A stretch of DNA of 64,000 nucleotides from a virus (lineage: Duplodnaviria > Caudoviricetes). The notes under the pieces are model-generated. The model was not told the origin of the DNA. It did no database searches and saw only the letters and a list, made by a program, of their open reading frames with translations. This document shows positions 36,789 through 48,600 of the stretch, piece by piece. A program made the position numbers and the translations under genes. The number at the start of each line of letters is the position of its first letter. Within the stretch, counting starts at the first letter, position 1. The stretch lies in IMG/VR virus record IMGVR_UViG_3300030376_006484, positions 22,151 through 86,150 of that record; one strand, 5' to 3'.

Positions 36789-38129
36789 ATGTTCATTCCG
36801 ATTCATTTAAACAATACAGGTCAAGTTTTTGATGTTGTGAAATATGGCGAATTATCGTTATTAAAAAAATTGTTTTATGGTAACACGGAGGTTTCTTCTG
36901 TTTCTTTGGATGAAGAATTGGATGAGAAGATTGAGGATTTGGAAGATTTGAATAGAGGTTCGGAATACGAGTTTAATGTTGATGATGCTAAAAAGGAATT
37001 TAGAGAACAATTAGCAAATTTAAAAACAGAGAGTTTTTCGGACTTGGATAAAATAGTACAGATTGACAAGAAGATACCAATACTTGTTGATAAGATGAAT
37101 TTTACAATTAAAGACATTGCTAATACTGATAAGAGAAATAAATTACTATCTATGGGTGAAGAAACTGTTGCATATGAAAGACTAACAACTCCTAGCGAAA
37201 AAATATCACTAGATGAGTTAGAAGACAAAATTAAGGATACGGGCTTTAACACACAATTTGATGAATTGTATGATACTGTTTTAGATGACATGGAAGTAGA
37301 TGAAGAAAACAATAAAATATCTTTCAGTGATATACCATTTACAAGAAGAGTACTAGAAAGATACAAACCTAGTAAATTATGGATTGATGATTATTTAAAC
37401 CAACATAAGCAATTATCCCCTAATATATTTGAAGAAACAGTGGTTCTTGCTACCTTAAAGGTAGTCAATGGTGAACTTGTAGTTGAAGGTAATCTAGATG
37501 AAGACCAAGTTGAGGAATACTTTGATTACGAAGAAGTAGAAACGGGTGAATTTGCAATTGAAGTATTAGTCGCCACATTAAAAGAAAACCTAAACAGAAA
37601 AGCATGGGCTGATTTATTTTTAAGTGCTATATTTGACAACCAAAAAAATAATTTCATAGATTATCTAACTGATTTTACTAAACTAATGCAGGTTGAATGT
37701 ACTATTAAGCCTAAGTCGGAGGTAAGCCCACGAACAGGCGAAGTACAAATTGTGGCCGATTTAGTATTTACTGAATATGGTAGAATTAGATTTACTAAGC
37801 CACCTTTGCCTAGACTTGCGGGTGCAACTAAGAAAGACAATTTGCTTAAACCTAGAGTATCAACGAATATTCCCTTTCCAGATTTTATAGATAAAGACAG
37901 AATTAATCTAAAACAACCCGATGCTTGGAAAGATGAATTAAGTGCAAGTGCTAGAGCCAAATACCAAGACCTTACTCCCAAAGCAAGACAAACAAGAGAA
38001 GAAGAGTTGAGAGATAAAATATTCAACCAAAACCAACAAAAAATTACAGAAACTAGAGAAAAAGTACTCGCTTTCTTTTATGAAATCATTTCTAATCTTA
38101 GTGATTTAGAAGACGCATTGGAGGTCTAA
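36789..38129 (+). CDS. acidic hypothetical protein
   Basis: 446-aa ORF. Confidence 0.75.
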   Translation: MFIPIHLNNTGQVFDVVKYGELSLLKKLFYGNTEVSSVSLDEELDEKIEDLEDLNRGSEYEFNVDDAKKEFREQLANLKTESFSDLDKIVQIDKKIPILVDKMNFTIKDIANTDKRNKLLSMGEETVAYERLTTPSEKISLDELEDKIKDTGFNTQFDELYDTVLDDMEVDEENNKISFSDIPFTRRVLERYKPSKLWIDDYLNQHKQLSPNIFEETVVLATLKVVNGELVVEGNLDEDQVEEYFDYEEVETGEFAIEVLVATLKENLNRKAWADLFLSAIFDNQKNNFIDYLTDFTKLMQVECTIKPKSEVSPRTGEVQIVADLVFTEYGRIRFTKPPLPRLAGATKKDNLLKPRVSTNIPFPDFIDKDRINLKQPDAWKDELSASARAKYQDLTPKARQTREEELRDKIFNQNQQKITETREKVLAFFYEIISNLSDLEDALEV

Positions 38130-38131
38130 GT

Positions 38132-39250
38132 ATGCCTGTATCATCATCCCCTAGTGACTATACCAACATAAATGTAGATTATTCACAAGGTCGTGGATTT
38201 TATACTGATAAAACATCTATATCGGATTTATTACAAATACCTGCTTTTACTTCTGTTACTAATCCTACGGATGCACAGATAGGTGCTATCATCAAAAGAA
38301 CAGAAGGAATCATTGATGATAAAATAAACCGTTCCTTTAGACCTATTATTTGGAAGGATGAGTTTCGTGATTTTGAATTTACTCATCACCCAATAAATTC
38401 ATATTACAGTGGCTATGTAGGGTTTGTTCAATTAAACCAAATGAAGGTTAGAAAGATTATCAGTCTACAAGTTTGGGAAGGAACCAATTACAGAGAGTTG
38501 GCTTCTGCTCAAGCAAGTATTAGTTTGGACACTTCCAAATATAATAAGATAAGAAAACTAACCTTGACTCTACCTAATTCAGTAGATTCTTGGGATTTAT
38601 TTTATAGTGGGGAAGGCGGTAAGTCGGCCACACAGACATTCAATTTAAATTTTGGAGCAAAGACTACGGCAAAGGAAATTGTTGCTTTGATTAACGAACA
38701 GTTTCCTGCTAGGACTGCACAGTTTACGGGAGCCACTGCTGAAAAAGCAAACACTTCTTTGACTAATGGATATTCTATTTCTGATTTTTTCTATGCTTAC
38801 ACTGATAGCCAAGACGGAACCTTAGTCCATATTTCTAGTCTGTTAGAAGGCGAGGATGGTTCGGATTGTACTCTTACGGTTACAGACCAAGCAGGGCAAA
38901 CTTCCGATAGCGTGGTTACTAATTTCACTGATAAGCAGGAAATGAAAAGACTAGGGGACTTTTGGATGATGGGTAGTGATGGTCGTATTTTCTTCAATAA
39001 GAAGTATCCTTACCACAGAAAAAATTCAGTTATTGTTAGTTTTGTTGCAGGTGATGGAAGAGTACCTTCTGCAATTCATGAAGCCGCTACTAAATTGGTT
39101 GCGGCAGAAATACTACGGCATGATGACCAAACTATTCTTATTGCTGAAACAGGTGCTAATATTTCCACTAAGGAAAAGTACGATATTCTAAGAAAAGAGG
39201 GTATGGAAATCTTAGACGGTAAGAAAGATTTAGTTTATTTGATTGATTGA
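38132..39250 (+). CDS. putative head-tail adaptor (gp6/gp15-like with insertion)
   Basis: IKRTEGIIDDKINRSF N-terminus and VPSAIHEAATKLVA C-terminus; position. Confidence 0.6.
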   Translation: MPVSSSPSDYTNINVDYSQGRGFYTDKTSISDLLQIPAFTSVTNPTDAQIGAIIKRTEGIIDDKINRSFRPIIWKDEFRDFEFTHHPINSYYSGYVGFVQLNQMKVRKIISLQVWEGTNYRELASAQASISLDTSKYNKIRKLTLTLPNSVDSWDLFYSGEGGKSATQTFNLNFGAKTTAKEIVALINEQFPARTAQFTGATAEKANTSLTNGYSISDFFYAYTDSQDGTLVHISSLLEGEDGSDCTLTVTDQAGQTSDSVVTNFTDKQEMKRLGDFWMMGSDGRIFFNKKYPYHRKNSVIVSFVAGDGRVPSAIHEAATKLVAAEILRHDDQTILIAETGANISTKEKYDILRKEGMEILDGKKDLVYLID

Positions 39251-39251
39251 T

Positions 39252-39458
39252 ATGTCATTTAAAAAAGCAACTGAGGTTTTTACTGATTTTCTAGAGAGGG
39301 AAAAACAAAGAAACATACAGATGTTAGAAGTTTCTAGATTATTAGGGGTAGATTTAACTTTTACAAATGACGAACTTATCAAAAATGCAGAAGAAGCATA
39401 TATTCAGTACATGGAAAAACTAATAGTAGAACAAGCGGAGGCAGTAATTAATGGATGA
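39252..39458 (+). CDS. hypothetical neck-region protein
   Basis: Coupled ORF. Confidence 0.6.
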   Translation: MSFKKATEVFTDFLEREKQRNIQMLEVSRLLGVDLTFTNDELIKNAEEAYIQYMEKLIVEQAEAVING

Positions 39459-39960
39459 AGTTAGTTTAGTGATTGATTTATTAGACAATCAATGGTCTAC
39501 TTCTGCAACAACTTTAGTTAGTGCAGGTACAATAAATGTCTCTCATTCGGGAAAACCTAACCTAATTGATGTTCGTTCTATTGAGAAGAATAAGGGTGTT
39601 AGATATGACCTCTCTTCTAAAGATGTAATTATTGTTTTTGAGGATTCTAATACAATGGATTATCCTACGGTGTTTTATGATGTACGAAATGAAACCTATT
39701 CTTTTACTCTACATATTAGAACGGTTCAAGATGAAAGAGCCGGAACAGACGCAGATTTCGGCAAAGATAGGCTAAGGGCTTTATACTTGATAACCCGTCA
39801 CGCAATTGAGAGCAAGCGTAGGGGGTACGAATCTTCGGATAATTCATGTTTTAATCAACTTTTTTTAGGGGCGAGAAGCGAATCTAATGATAGGGCAAAA
39901 CGATTATTCGGATATAAATTGAATTTAGAAGCGAAAAGATTTGCTCAAACAGTCCCTTAG
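39451..39960 (+). CDS. putative tail terminator or neck protein
   Basis: 169 aa immediately upstream of the tail tube. Confidence 0.5.
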   Translation: MDEVSLVIDLLDNQWSTSATTLVSAGTINVSHSGKPNLIDVRSIEKNKGVRYDLSSKDVIIVFEDSNTMDYPTVFYDVRNETYSFTLHIRTVQDERAGTDADFGKDRLRALYLITRHAIESKRRGYESSDNSCFNQLFLGARSESNDRAKRLFGYKLNLEAKRFAQTVP

Positions 39961-39983
39961 TTTGTAAGTAAGGAAGTGGGATT

Positions 39984-41588
39984 ATGACCAACAACAATAT
40001 ATTTTTAGGAAGCGGCACATCGGTAACTTTTGTTCCCGAAGTAGATATTTATTTGAAACCTCACGGAACGGCGGGTACGGCTTTAACCGATACAAACGGC
40101 GTACTTCCTTCGGGACAAGGAAATAAATTAACTCTGCATGGTGATTTTACAGGCAATTTTGATTTGGTCAATGACCTTTATGTTGGTTGTGTTTTGGAGT
40201 TTTATGATGGCGGAGGAACTACCCCCACTTCTTCGCATAGAGTAACATCTAATGACGCTACAACCATTACTTTTCACCCTGCTATAACTGCAACTATTGT
40301 TCCTGCTACTGACTTTTTCCACTTAAAAGGATATGGCGCACCATGTCCTGCGGAAAGCGGTACTTCAAACCTAAAACATCTAAACGCCGACAATTGGTTG
40401 GGTATTGTAGAGTCCCTAACTTTCCCTTCTGTTGATGTAGAATTCAAACAACAGAATTTGTTTGTGGGTGGAAGCAGAAACTTTACCCACCAATACAAAG
40501 GAATAGAAACGGCAGGTAACGCAAGCATTGGTATTGTTGCTAATCATGGTGCTTGGTTGTACTATTTCTTTGGTAAGTGTTCTTCTATTAGTGCTACTCT
40601 AGACTCTGGTACTCACCCCGATAGTGCCTTCGCAGGAGATGTTACCTCCGAAAATAAATATTATTTGCATGGCTCTAGTCTTACTGACACAGGGCCGTTG
40701 TTTTACAGAAGTATAGACAATGTAATGACCCCTCCGCTTTTGGAAGGGCAAGATGCCTTCGCAGATTTAGACCAATTAACAGAATCTACAGTTGGTGCTG
40801 ACGGATTTATTGATAACCCAATTACCTACACCTTTACAGAGCAGGATGGGGATGATTTGCCTTCCTTTGCTATGGAACAAGTCTTTTCTAAATTACCATC
40901 TACAAACACTTACAGTACAAATACTGCTGATGCTGATGAAGATACTAACTTTGTTCTTATTGCTACAGGCAACAGAGTAAACACTCTTACAATGACTGCT
41001 AATGAAAACGAAGAGTTGAAAATGACTATGGATTGTATGCCTCGTAAGGTTCACAGTTTAGGGAAGACGGAGAAGTATGCGGCTAGAAGGTCTGTTACTG
41101 ACGAAACTGCTTTCAAGAATTTCGCTTCCGATGATAAACTATTGGAGCCTTTCTTCTTTTCAAGTGGTTCTATTAGTTTATTCGGACAAGACTTTATGAG
41201 AATTACCCAATTCTCCTTGACAATGAACAATACTCTTACTGATAAAAGATTCATTGGTATTGGTAGTAGGAATGTTAAGGATGCTATTCCTGCACAAAGA
41301 ACCTACGAATTGACTTTTAGTGCTTTAGTTACTGATGATAAATTATTCAATGAGTTGAAAAACAATGACGAAAACCAATCGGGTGATAGTGGAGCAGTGA
41401 TTGATTTAATCTTTGATAAACCAAACCAAGAACAAATCCGTTTGAAGTTTGATAACTATTACTTGACTACAAACTCTTGGCCTATTCCCGAAGACAAAGG
41501 AGCCGTAGTCGTAGATGCTACAATCATTCCTCGTTCCTTAGCGTCTAGTGGATGCACCGTCAAAACCCATTGGGTCTTGCAGGGGTGA
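39984..41588 (+). CDS. major tail tube protein
   Basis: GNRVNTLTMTA, FSLTMNNTL, RTYELTFS tube-like strands; upstream of chaperones and TMP. Confidence 0.7.
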   Translation: MTNNNIFLGSGTSVTFVPEVDIYLKPHGTAGTALTDTNGVLPSGQGNKLTLHGDFTGNFDLVNDLYVGCVLEFYDGGGTTPTSSHRVTSNDATTITFHPAITATIVPATDFFHLKGYGAPCPAESGTSNLKHLNADNWLGIVESLTFPSVDVEFKQQNLFVGGSRNFTHQYKGIETAGNASIGIVANHGAWLYYFFGKCSSISATLDSGTHPDSAFAGDVTSENKYYLHGSSLTDTGPLFYRSIDNVMTPPLLEGQDAFADLDQLTESTVGADGFIDNPITYTFTEQDGDDLPSFAMEQVFSKLPSTNTYSTNTADADEDTNFVLIATGNRVNTLTMTANENEELKMTMDCMPRKVHSLGKTEKYAARRSVTDETAFKNFASDDKLLEPFFFSSGSISLFGQDFMRITQFSLTMNNTLTDKRFIGIGSRNVKDAIPAQRTYELTFSALVTDDKLFNELKNNDENQSGDSGAVIDLIFDKPNQEQIRLKFDNYYLTTNSWPIPEDKGAVVVDATIIPRSLASSGCTVKTHWVLQG

Positions 41589-41592
41589 GCAA

Positions 41593-41772
41593 GTGGTTGA
41601 AGTAAAAGGTGTAGACCGCTACACAAAAAGGAAACAATACCGTGAGCGTCTTCTAGAAGAACAGGAGAAAGCAAAATCAAAACCTGCCCCTAAGAAGAGG
41701 GGTAGGAAGCCAAAGGCAGTGAAGGAAACTCCACCGTCAAAGGAGGAAGTCTCTAAGACAGAAGAAGAATAA
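41593..41772 (+). CDS. small basic protein (KKRGRKPK)
   Basis: GGGGTGA RBS before GTG 41593. Confidence 0.5.
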   Translation: MVEVKGVDRYTKRKQYRERLLEEQEKAKSKPAPKKRGRKPKAVKETPPSKEEVSKTEEE

Positions 41773-41821
41773 ACATTCCACTAACATTATTTGTTTGTTA
41801 GTTTTTATGAAGGTGGATAAA

Positions 41822-42181
41822 ATGAATACAGTAAAAGATAAATCAGTGCTTTTTGCACACACAGAAGAGAAGTGTCACTCATTGAAAGTGTCACCGACAA
41901 GTGAAGAATGCCTCAAGGTTTGGGTTAGAGAACCCACTTGGTTAGAAGTAGAAAAAGCCTTGACTACCCTTATGAAGATAGATGCGAAGAGTCAAGGCGT
42001 AGACATTGACTTGAATGGTATGTACCGATATTTGGTAGAAAAATTTGTAGTTAGAACAGAACCAAGTTTGACCACAATTGAATTAATCCGTTTGAATCCG
42101 TATATCGGAAATCAACTAAAAGAAATACTCCCTAATCCATTGGATGCCTTTTCGGAGGATGGAGAAAAAAACGAAGAATGA
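41822..42181 (+). CDS. tail assembly chaperone (G-like)
   Basis: Between tube and TMP; slippery A-AAA-AAC near its 3' end. Confidence 0.7.
   Translation: MNTVKDKSVLFAHTEEKCHSLKVSPTSEECLKVWVREPTWLEVEKALTTLMKIDAKSQGVDIDLNGMYRYLVEKFVVRTEPSLTTIELIRLNPYIGNQLKEILPNPLDAFSEDGEKNEE
42166..42172 (+). other. -1 programmed ribosomal frameshift site A AAA AAC
   Basis: In-frame X XXY YYZ heptamer; the -1 frame is continuous with ORF 42178-42399. Confidence 0.7.
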
Positions 42182-42399
42182 GAGATGCAATTAGGCAAGG
42201 CCCAAAAGACCTTCCTACTGCCTCTCTCTTAATCACATACACGCTCAGTAAAGCCTTATCAATAAGCCCGCTAGAAATAATGAAGATGCCCGCTAATATG
42301 GTAATGGACTTTTTATACATACATAGAAACTTTGAAGAACTCAAGTCCGATACAATAGAACAAGAAATGAAGAAGGTGAAGAACGGTGGCGGCAAATGA
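42178..42399 (+). CDS. tail assembly chaperone T-like segment (GT fusion)
   Basis: -1 frame of the upstream chaperone; ISPLEIMKMP pattern. Confidence 0.65.
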   Translation: MRDAIRQGPKDLPTASLLITYTLSKALSISPLEIMKMPANMVMDFLYIHRNFEELKSDTIEQEMKKVKNGGGK

Positions 42400-43837
42400 T
42401 ATTAGGCAATTAACTAGGCAAATAGAGAGTTTAGTTAGTGCTTATGACCCTTTAATGCGAGCGCAAGCCCAAGTAGCAGAGGCACAAGAAGAAGTTAATG
42501 ATTCAGTAGAAGAAGCAAAAAGTCGCTTTACTAAATTGGCCGACGCATTAAATGAGCCTAAAAATATAAAAATACCAATAATAGGTGTGCAATTGAAAAC
42601 CTTTCTTAAGTTAGGCTATGCTTTTGTTCCTATGTTTTTCCGTATAAAGAATGGAGTAGAGATTCTTGCGGGGTCTATTGGTAAATTGATGGATTCCGTA
42701 GGCGACCCCAATAAAGGAGGCCCACTACTTAGTTTACTTAGAGGATTAAAAGGAGATTATAAATCTGCTAAGAATCTTATATCGGGCGTAGATAGTGAAG
42801 GAAATAAAGTTAGTAGGAAGGATGCGGCTAAGGATTTCTTCGGAATTACTGCTATGGGAAAACTAGGCAAGGGCTTTCTAAAAATGTTCAAGAGAAACGA
42901 AGAACAGTCCGATAAAATAAAAAAGTTCGGTGTTCTTAAATCTTTGAAAAGCGTTGGAGCAGTAGCATTAATGCTAAGTAAATATTTATTCTTGGGTACT
43001 TTGCTTGTTCCTCTATTGTTAATGTTTTTCAAATCAAAGGCCTTTAAAGAAGGATTAAGTGCTGTTATTAGCACTTTAAAAGTAGCATTTGAAATTGCTT
43101 CAAAGGGATTCTCTCTTATTAAAGATGGAGTTTTACGATTAATTGGTGTTTTTAGAGGTGAGGGTGGTTTCTTTGAGAACATGAAAGAAGTCTTTTTTGC
43201 TATCTTAGAGATTGCCGGAGGTATTTTATCAGTATTGTTTTCTTTACTTCTAGCAACATTAGGTTCTGTTATAGCGGGAGTATTGGGGACTATTAAGGGG
43301 TTTTTGTCGGAAAAACTCGGTACGGTTATAGATAAATTAGAGTCATTGGCTGAAAAAGCAAAAAATAATGCAGTAACTATAGCCCTTTGGACACTTTTTA
43401 TTGGCTCATTTTTGGCTATATTAACTGCCGGACTGCTTGTTTTTGCAGGGACTATTGCCCCCGCTACTGCCTTTATTGCAATAGGTATAGCGGCTTTGGT
43501 AGGGGCTATTTCGGGAATCGCTTTAATGATTGATGATATAAAAGAAACAATAAGTGACATTTGGCCCTTCGCTAGCGGTGGAGTTACAGGTTCCGGTCTT
43601 TCTCTTGTAGGAGAAAGAGGGCCGGAATTGGTGAACTTACCACAAGGCTCTAGAGTATTCTCTAATAGAAACTCAAGAAAGATGCTTTCGGGTGGGGCTA
43701 CTAACAACATTACAGTCAATGTTCAAGGAAGAATAGGAGCCTCCGATACAGAATTAAGACAGATTGCTACTAAGGTTGGTCAAATGATTAACAAAGAAGT
43801 GAATAGAACAACCTCTTCAAGAGGAACATTAGGGTGA
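42386..43837 (+). CDS. tape measure protein
   Basis: Helical with hydrophobic segments; C-terminal FASGG..LVGERGPELV motif. Confidence 0.8.
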   Translation: MAANDIRQLTRQIESLVSAYDPLMRAQAQVAEAQEEVNDSVEEAKSRFTKLADALNEPKNIKIPIIGVQLKTFLKLGYAFVPMFFRIKNGVEILAGSIGKLMDSVGDPNKGGPLLSLLRGLKGDYKSAKNLISGVDSEGNKVSRKDAAKDFFGITAMGKLGKGFLKMFKRNEEQSDKIKKFGVLKSLKSVGAVALMLSKYLFLGTLLVPLLLMFFKSKAFKEGLSAVISTLKVAFEIASKGFSLIKDGVLRLIGVFRGEGGFFENMKEVFFAILEIAGGILSVLFSLLLATLGSVIAGVLGTIKGFLSEKLGTVIDKLESLAEKAKNNAVTIALWTLFIGSFLAILTAGLLVFAGTIAPATAFIAIGIAALVGAISGIALMIDDIKETISDIWPFASGGVTGSGLSLVGERGPELVNLPQGSRVFSNRNSRKMLSGGATNNITVNVQGRIGASDTELRQIATKVGQMINKEVNRTTSSRGTLG

Positions 43838-43841
43838 TTAA

Positions 43842-44525
43842 ATGCCTGACCACTATGTATTTTTAAAATTAGGCGCAGGTAGCGCAAACGGTAACGACTT
43901 GACTACGAACATTATTCCTCTAAAGGCTACTAGTGTAGATATTTCAACAACTAAAACAATCCCTTCAATAGATGTTCCTTTGGGTGGAATATTACAAGGA
44001 GAGTCTGTAACTGCGGCATTAGATTTAGGTATGGCTTCTAAAACAGTAAGCGTTAATGGGTATATTTTAGAAGATACTATAGTGAAAAAGTTTAGTGATG
44101 ATGCAGATGCAATTAGTAGAACCTTTACTGCTATTGAGATTGCTCAATTAATTCATTCTAGTATTGATTCTACGGGGCTTCAACCTTACCAAGCGATTAA
44201 TGAATTAGTATTTCTTTATGATTCAAAGGTTAAAGAGGATTATACTCAAAGAACACCCGCAGGAGCAACGCAATTAATCCCATTCACCTTTGCATCTAGA
44301 GGGGAAGGAGGATTAACTACAGGTACTCTAGACAATCAAGGAGTAGTAAAACCCAATACATTCCCTACCAATGAATATTCTAATGGACTAAAGGGCTTTG
44401 TTCGTAGTTTTAATAGTACCATTGATTCTACTACTATTGATATTGCCTTTTCGTTGTCCTTTGAGGTAGCCACAGTATTCCCTTCGGGTAACATATTAAC
44501 CACAATAGAAGAAGCATTGGAGTGA
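43842..44525 (+). CDS. putative distal tail protein
   Basis: Position after the TMP; beta-rich. Confidence 0.5.
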   Translation: MPDHYVFLKLGAGSANGNDLTTNIIPLKATSVDISTTKTIPSIDVPLGGILQGESVTAALDLGMASKTVSVNGYILEDTIVKKFSDDADAISRTFTAIEIAQLIHSSIDSTGLQPYQAINELVFLYDSKVKEDYTQRTPAGATQLIPFTFASRGEGGLTTGTLDNQGVVKPNTFPTNEYSNGLKGFVRSFNSTIDSTTIDIAFSLSFEVATVFPSGNILTTIEEALE

Positions 44526-44529
44526 TACA

Positions 44530-45663
44530 ATGTACCGTCTTTTAACAGGAAAGCAGAGAAGTTTAGTGTTCCCTGTTATGTGTAATGCCCATGTTAAAAT
44601 AGATTATAGCGATAATATTCCTAAAGGGGTAGATGGTTCAAGAGGTTCTAGTGATGATATTACTTATGGTATTTGGAACCATACAGACTCATTTACTATT
44701 GAATCTACCTTTACACCTTACGATATTAACGGGTATGCTTTGAAGGCTAGTATTCCTTCAACGACTTCTTCGGAAAGGTCAATGGGTGGAATTAGTAAAT
44801 CAATTGCTGATAGTAGTACTACTAGAAATAATTATACTTCTTTCAAATACCTAGCATATAATGATAAAGAAAACTATGAAATGAGAATATTCCATAGTAC
44901 TAAGGCTAAACTTTCTTTACTAAATGTTACAGACCATGCGTTAAACAACCCTTCGCAATACAAAATACGGTTTGCTTTGACTCTAAATAGCACCACTATT
45001 ACTTTAGATAGTCCTATTGTTATTGCTCCTGTTTTTGGTAAGCCTATTGCTTGGGCTTCCTTTGTCGCAAAAAGTGTCTTTGATGCTGATAGTGTAGTGA
45101 CTTATGCACCCGCTACAACAGTCGCTATATCAAGTAACTCCGGCACGACAGTAACCTTTGATTCAACCGTTACAAATGATTTCCATGAAGACCAACTGCT
45201 CTACATTCAAAATGGCTTTGATGTTGCTTTGGTAGGTAAAATAGCGGTGGTAGGTACTACCACCATCACTTTAGATAGCGCATACTCTCCCGATTTGACC
45301 GGCAGTACTCTTGTAGTGCCTACGACCAAGAACCCATTATACGCAAATGAAGTCCATCATGTCGCCGCAACATACAATCAATTCAATAAGAAAATGACAA
45401 TCTACTATGGCGGGGTAGAAGTTGCTAGTACCTTTCACACTCAAAGCACTGACTTTTCTTTTGATAGAGAAGACTTTTATTTAGGGGCTAACGGTTCAGC
45501 AAATACAGGAGCAAATTCGGCCAAACTCAACAATCAATTCATGGGCGAGTTGCATGAATTTGCGTTTGTTAATGGGGCTAGAGAACAGTTTGATGTGACT
45601 TCATTAAACCCAAGATTTACGGATGCCTTACTTTATTTTAGATTTGAGGAAGTGGATGAATGA
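44530..45663 (+). CDS. tail protein with LamG/concanavalin-like domain
   Basis: FTIES..TP, HHVAATYN..MTIYYGG, FYLGA, FMGELHEF. Confidence 0.7.
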   Translation: MYRLLTGKQRSLVFPVMCNAHVKIDYSDNIPKGVDGSRGSSDDITYGIWNHTDSFTIESTFTPYDINGYALKASIPSTTSSERSMGGISKSIADSSTTRNNYTSFKYLAYNDKENYEMRIFHSTKAKLSLLNVTDHALNNPSQYKIRFALTLNSTTITLDSPIVIAPVFGKPIAWASFVAKSVFDADSVVTYAPATTVAISSNSGTTVTFDSTVTNDFHEDQLLYIQNGFDVALVGKIAVVGTTTITLDSAYSPDLTGSTLVVPTTKNPLYANEVHHVAATYNQFNKKMTIYYGGVEVASTFHTQSTDFSFDREDFYLGANGSANTGANSAKLNNQFMGELHEFAFVNGAREQFDVTSLNPRFTDALLYFRFEEVDE

Positions 45664-48600
45664 CTGTTTATGCTATGAGGAAGGGTACATCACCAAACCC
45701 TACCGTAGTTACCACGGTTAATGATGCTACAAACAACATTAATTTCAATTGCCCTACGAACCCGCTTCTTGTGGACTCTGCTACTGTAGCCACTACAAAC
45801 AGACTCTTCGCATACATTTGCACAGAACCTACTACTTCCGTCTCTAGAACTTTCGTCCAAGAATTACAAAGCGGAGATTCCGCAGGGCATCAATATTCTA
45901 ATTTGAGCAATACAGAAGGATACAAAATTCATTGTTATGACAATAATTCCGAAACGGGACTAAGACTCAATGGTATATCCCCCCTATCTAGCGAAGCAAA
46001 GGAATGGTTTGTTTTAATTTATTCCGACGATGCACTAACCCATCATTTTGCTAGAATAACTGAGATAAATACTGATGATGTTTTGGGAGATAGTTTTGAT
46101 TTTGAACCGAGACTTGGTACTAAAATTCCTAGAGATACTAAGTTTATGGTTTTTGAGGGGCCGGCTAAAACTGATACATCGGTTATTGCAGTTTCAGCAG
46201 GTATTTTGAATAGTGAAATAACAGGCGGATATAGGTACAATAAAGCCTACATTACGGCAAGACCTATCTTTTATTTCTTTAACGATAGGCTAGATAAGAA
46301 AAATGAATTAGACCACAATAAAAAATATTATCTTAAATACGATGATAGTAATATGGGTTCTGCTAGTGTTACACCTTCTCAAACAAACTGTTTTGTTACT
46401 GTAGAGGACTTTAGTACTAGAATATTAGATTATAGTAAATACACAATGAAGGCTAGCGTTATAGATAATTTAAGGAATTTAGATGACCCGACTGAAAACG
46501 CAGTTACTTCCAACGAAGGTAATACTTTACCCACAAATGATTTTACAGATTACGATGAATGTTTCTTTAACTCTAGAAGAGATACCGATAATTATTTTTC
46601 ATCTAGTGCCGCTACCTTAGAATTAAGAGGCCCATACAGATATATTCATTATAATTATTCTCCCGAAAAAGCAAATACTAATTTTTCTTTAGTGGACTTT
46701 ACAGTTTTGGAATCAATAGGAGATAAAGGAGGCTACGCAGATGCTAAGTTATACGATACTCAAAGAATCCTACCAACTAAAATTAAAGAATTTGACTTAA
46801 TGAGACTAAGACACCGAGTACACACTGCTAACATACACGAATTGTTTGCATTAAAGGCTAAGGTTAATTCTTTAACTTCGGGTCAAACTTATGTTTTTGA
46901 CACGGAGTATGATTTATCTTTGTTACTTTCTGTTGGGAATGAAGTGAAAGTAGGTAACAGAATGGTGATTGTGAAAACAATTGCTTTGTTTTCTGCTCAA
47001 CAACAAACAATAACCTTTGAAACAAGTAGTAGATTAGAGACAGAATCTTCCTTTAGTACTTCTTCTTACACTTTGACTGCGGGAGATAGATTATACCGTA
47101 GGGCTTGGAGTCAATCAAAAGGTAATCTTTTGACAACTTTCAAGATAATAGACAATAGAAGCAGTAACCTAAAGGTAGTTTTCAATAATCTATTAGAGGC
47201 AACAGTAACGGCTTCAAATGCTGAAACTAAAACACTTACAGTTTCTTATGATAATTCATTGTATGAAGCATCTTCCTCTGTAGGTTTCTTTAAGGGAGCC
47301 TACACTATTGAGATAGAGAGATTTGAAGGAGATATTGAACAGATAGATTCTGTTAGAGAGAATGGACAAAACTTCACTAAAATATCGGGTCGTAGTAATT
47401 ATTCAAAATTAATTTCTCCTTTAGTAAATAAAAACTATTCTTTCAGTAAGGATATTATCTATTCTAGTAATAGCCCTTACAATTCTATGGAGAAGGTCGG
47501 TACTGCTCCTGTTTTGTTTAGTAGTACTGCGTTTACTTTAGCATCTGTCACTGTAGAACCTGTAGCGAATGACCACTTATTTGTTAAATACGGAAATAAG
47601 AATATGTCCTACATAGGCCAAGTACAGGAATTCAAAGACGCAAGCCACGGTACTAACCCTTTGGAAGTCACATTGACTTCCGCTTCCTTTGCTTCTACTA
47701 TTGATTCGGGAGGAGTGCAAGCAGAAGAGATTTGGAAAATCTCAAACAAGAATTATATATTATCCAAAGCATTATCGTCGGACAATAGGAATTCTATCTT
47801 CCCTACTTCTCTAACAGGTGCAACTGAAAAAGGACTATTCTTTGAAAGTGGTGTAGATACTTCCAATAGTAATTCGGATTTAGTAGGTACTTCTGCTTCT
47901 ACGGACACTAAAGCGATTGGATACCACCTTAACAATCCTACAAACATAAGAAAAGACGAAGCGTTCCAAGCGGTATTATCCGATGGCGGGACTACTTATT
48001 CATCAGTTGAGCCTGTAAATACCTTGATGGATTTCACAGTTGTTTCTTCTAATACTAAAGACGGAAAAACTATACTTGAGTTAGCACCTTATGTTCCTTT
48101 GACATTAGGAAGATTGGAATACAATGATGCTGATGTGTTAGACACTACCTTTGTTACAGTAGGGAATACTGTAGGGGTTGTTCTTCATAGTGCTAATCGT
48201 AGATACATAGAGGTTGATGGTCTAGCAAATAGTCCTTCGGAAAAAGACCCCGTTTACATAGCAGGTGTTTTTGCAGGATATATTACTCAGTTAGTAAAAC
48301 CTAGTACAAGTACTAATTGGAGAATATTCACAGACAGAGGGGTAGGGCATACTGCAAGTCAAGTGGTTAGTATATTGAATACTGCTTCTAGTGTAGAGCA
48401 AAAATATACTAGTGATTTGTACTTTGTTAATGGTGGGCATTTACATGGAGGTAAATTTGTTAGCCTATTGCACCCGTTTTTCGGTAATAATAAGCCGATG
48501 ACTTTCAACATAGCGGCTACTTACACAGATGGAGTTAAAAGCACTACTTCGGAAAAGTTTGGGCAACCACTGTATAGAATTTCCCACATAGAAAAAGGTA

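Noticed and set aside
42757-43719. 320-aa minus-strand ORF
   Set aside because: Antisense shadow of the tape measure gene, with no RBS or motif.
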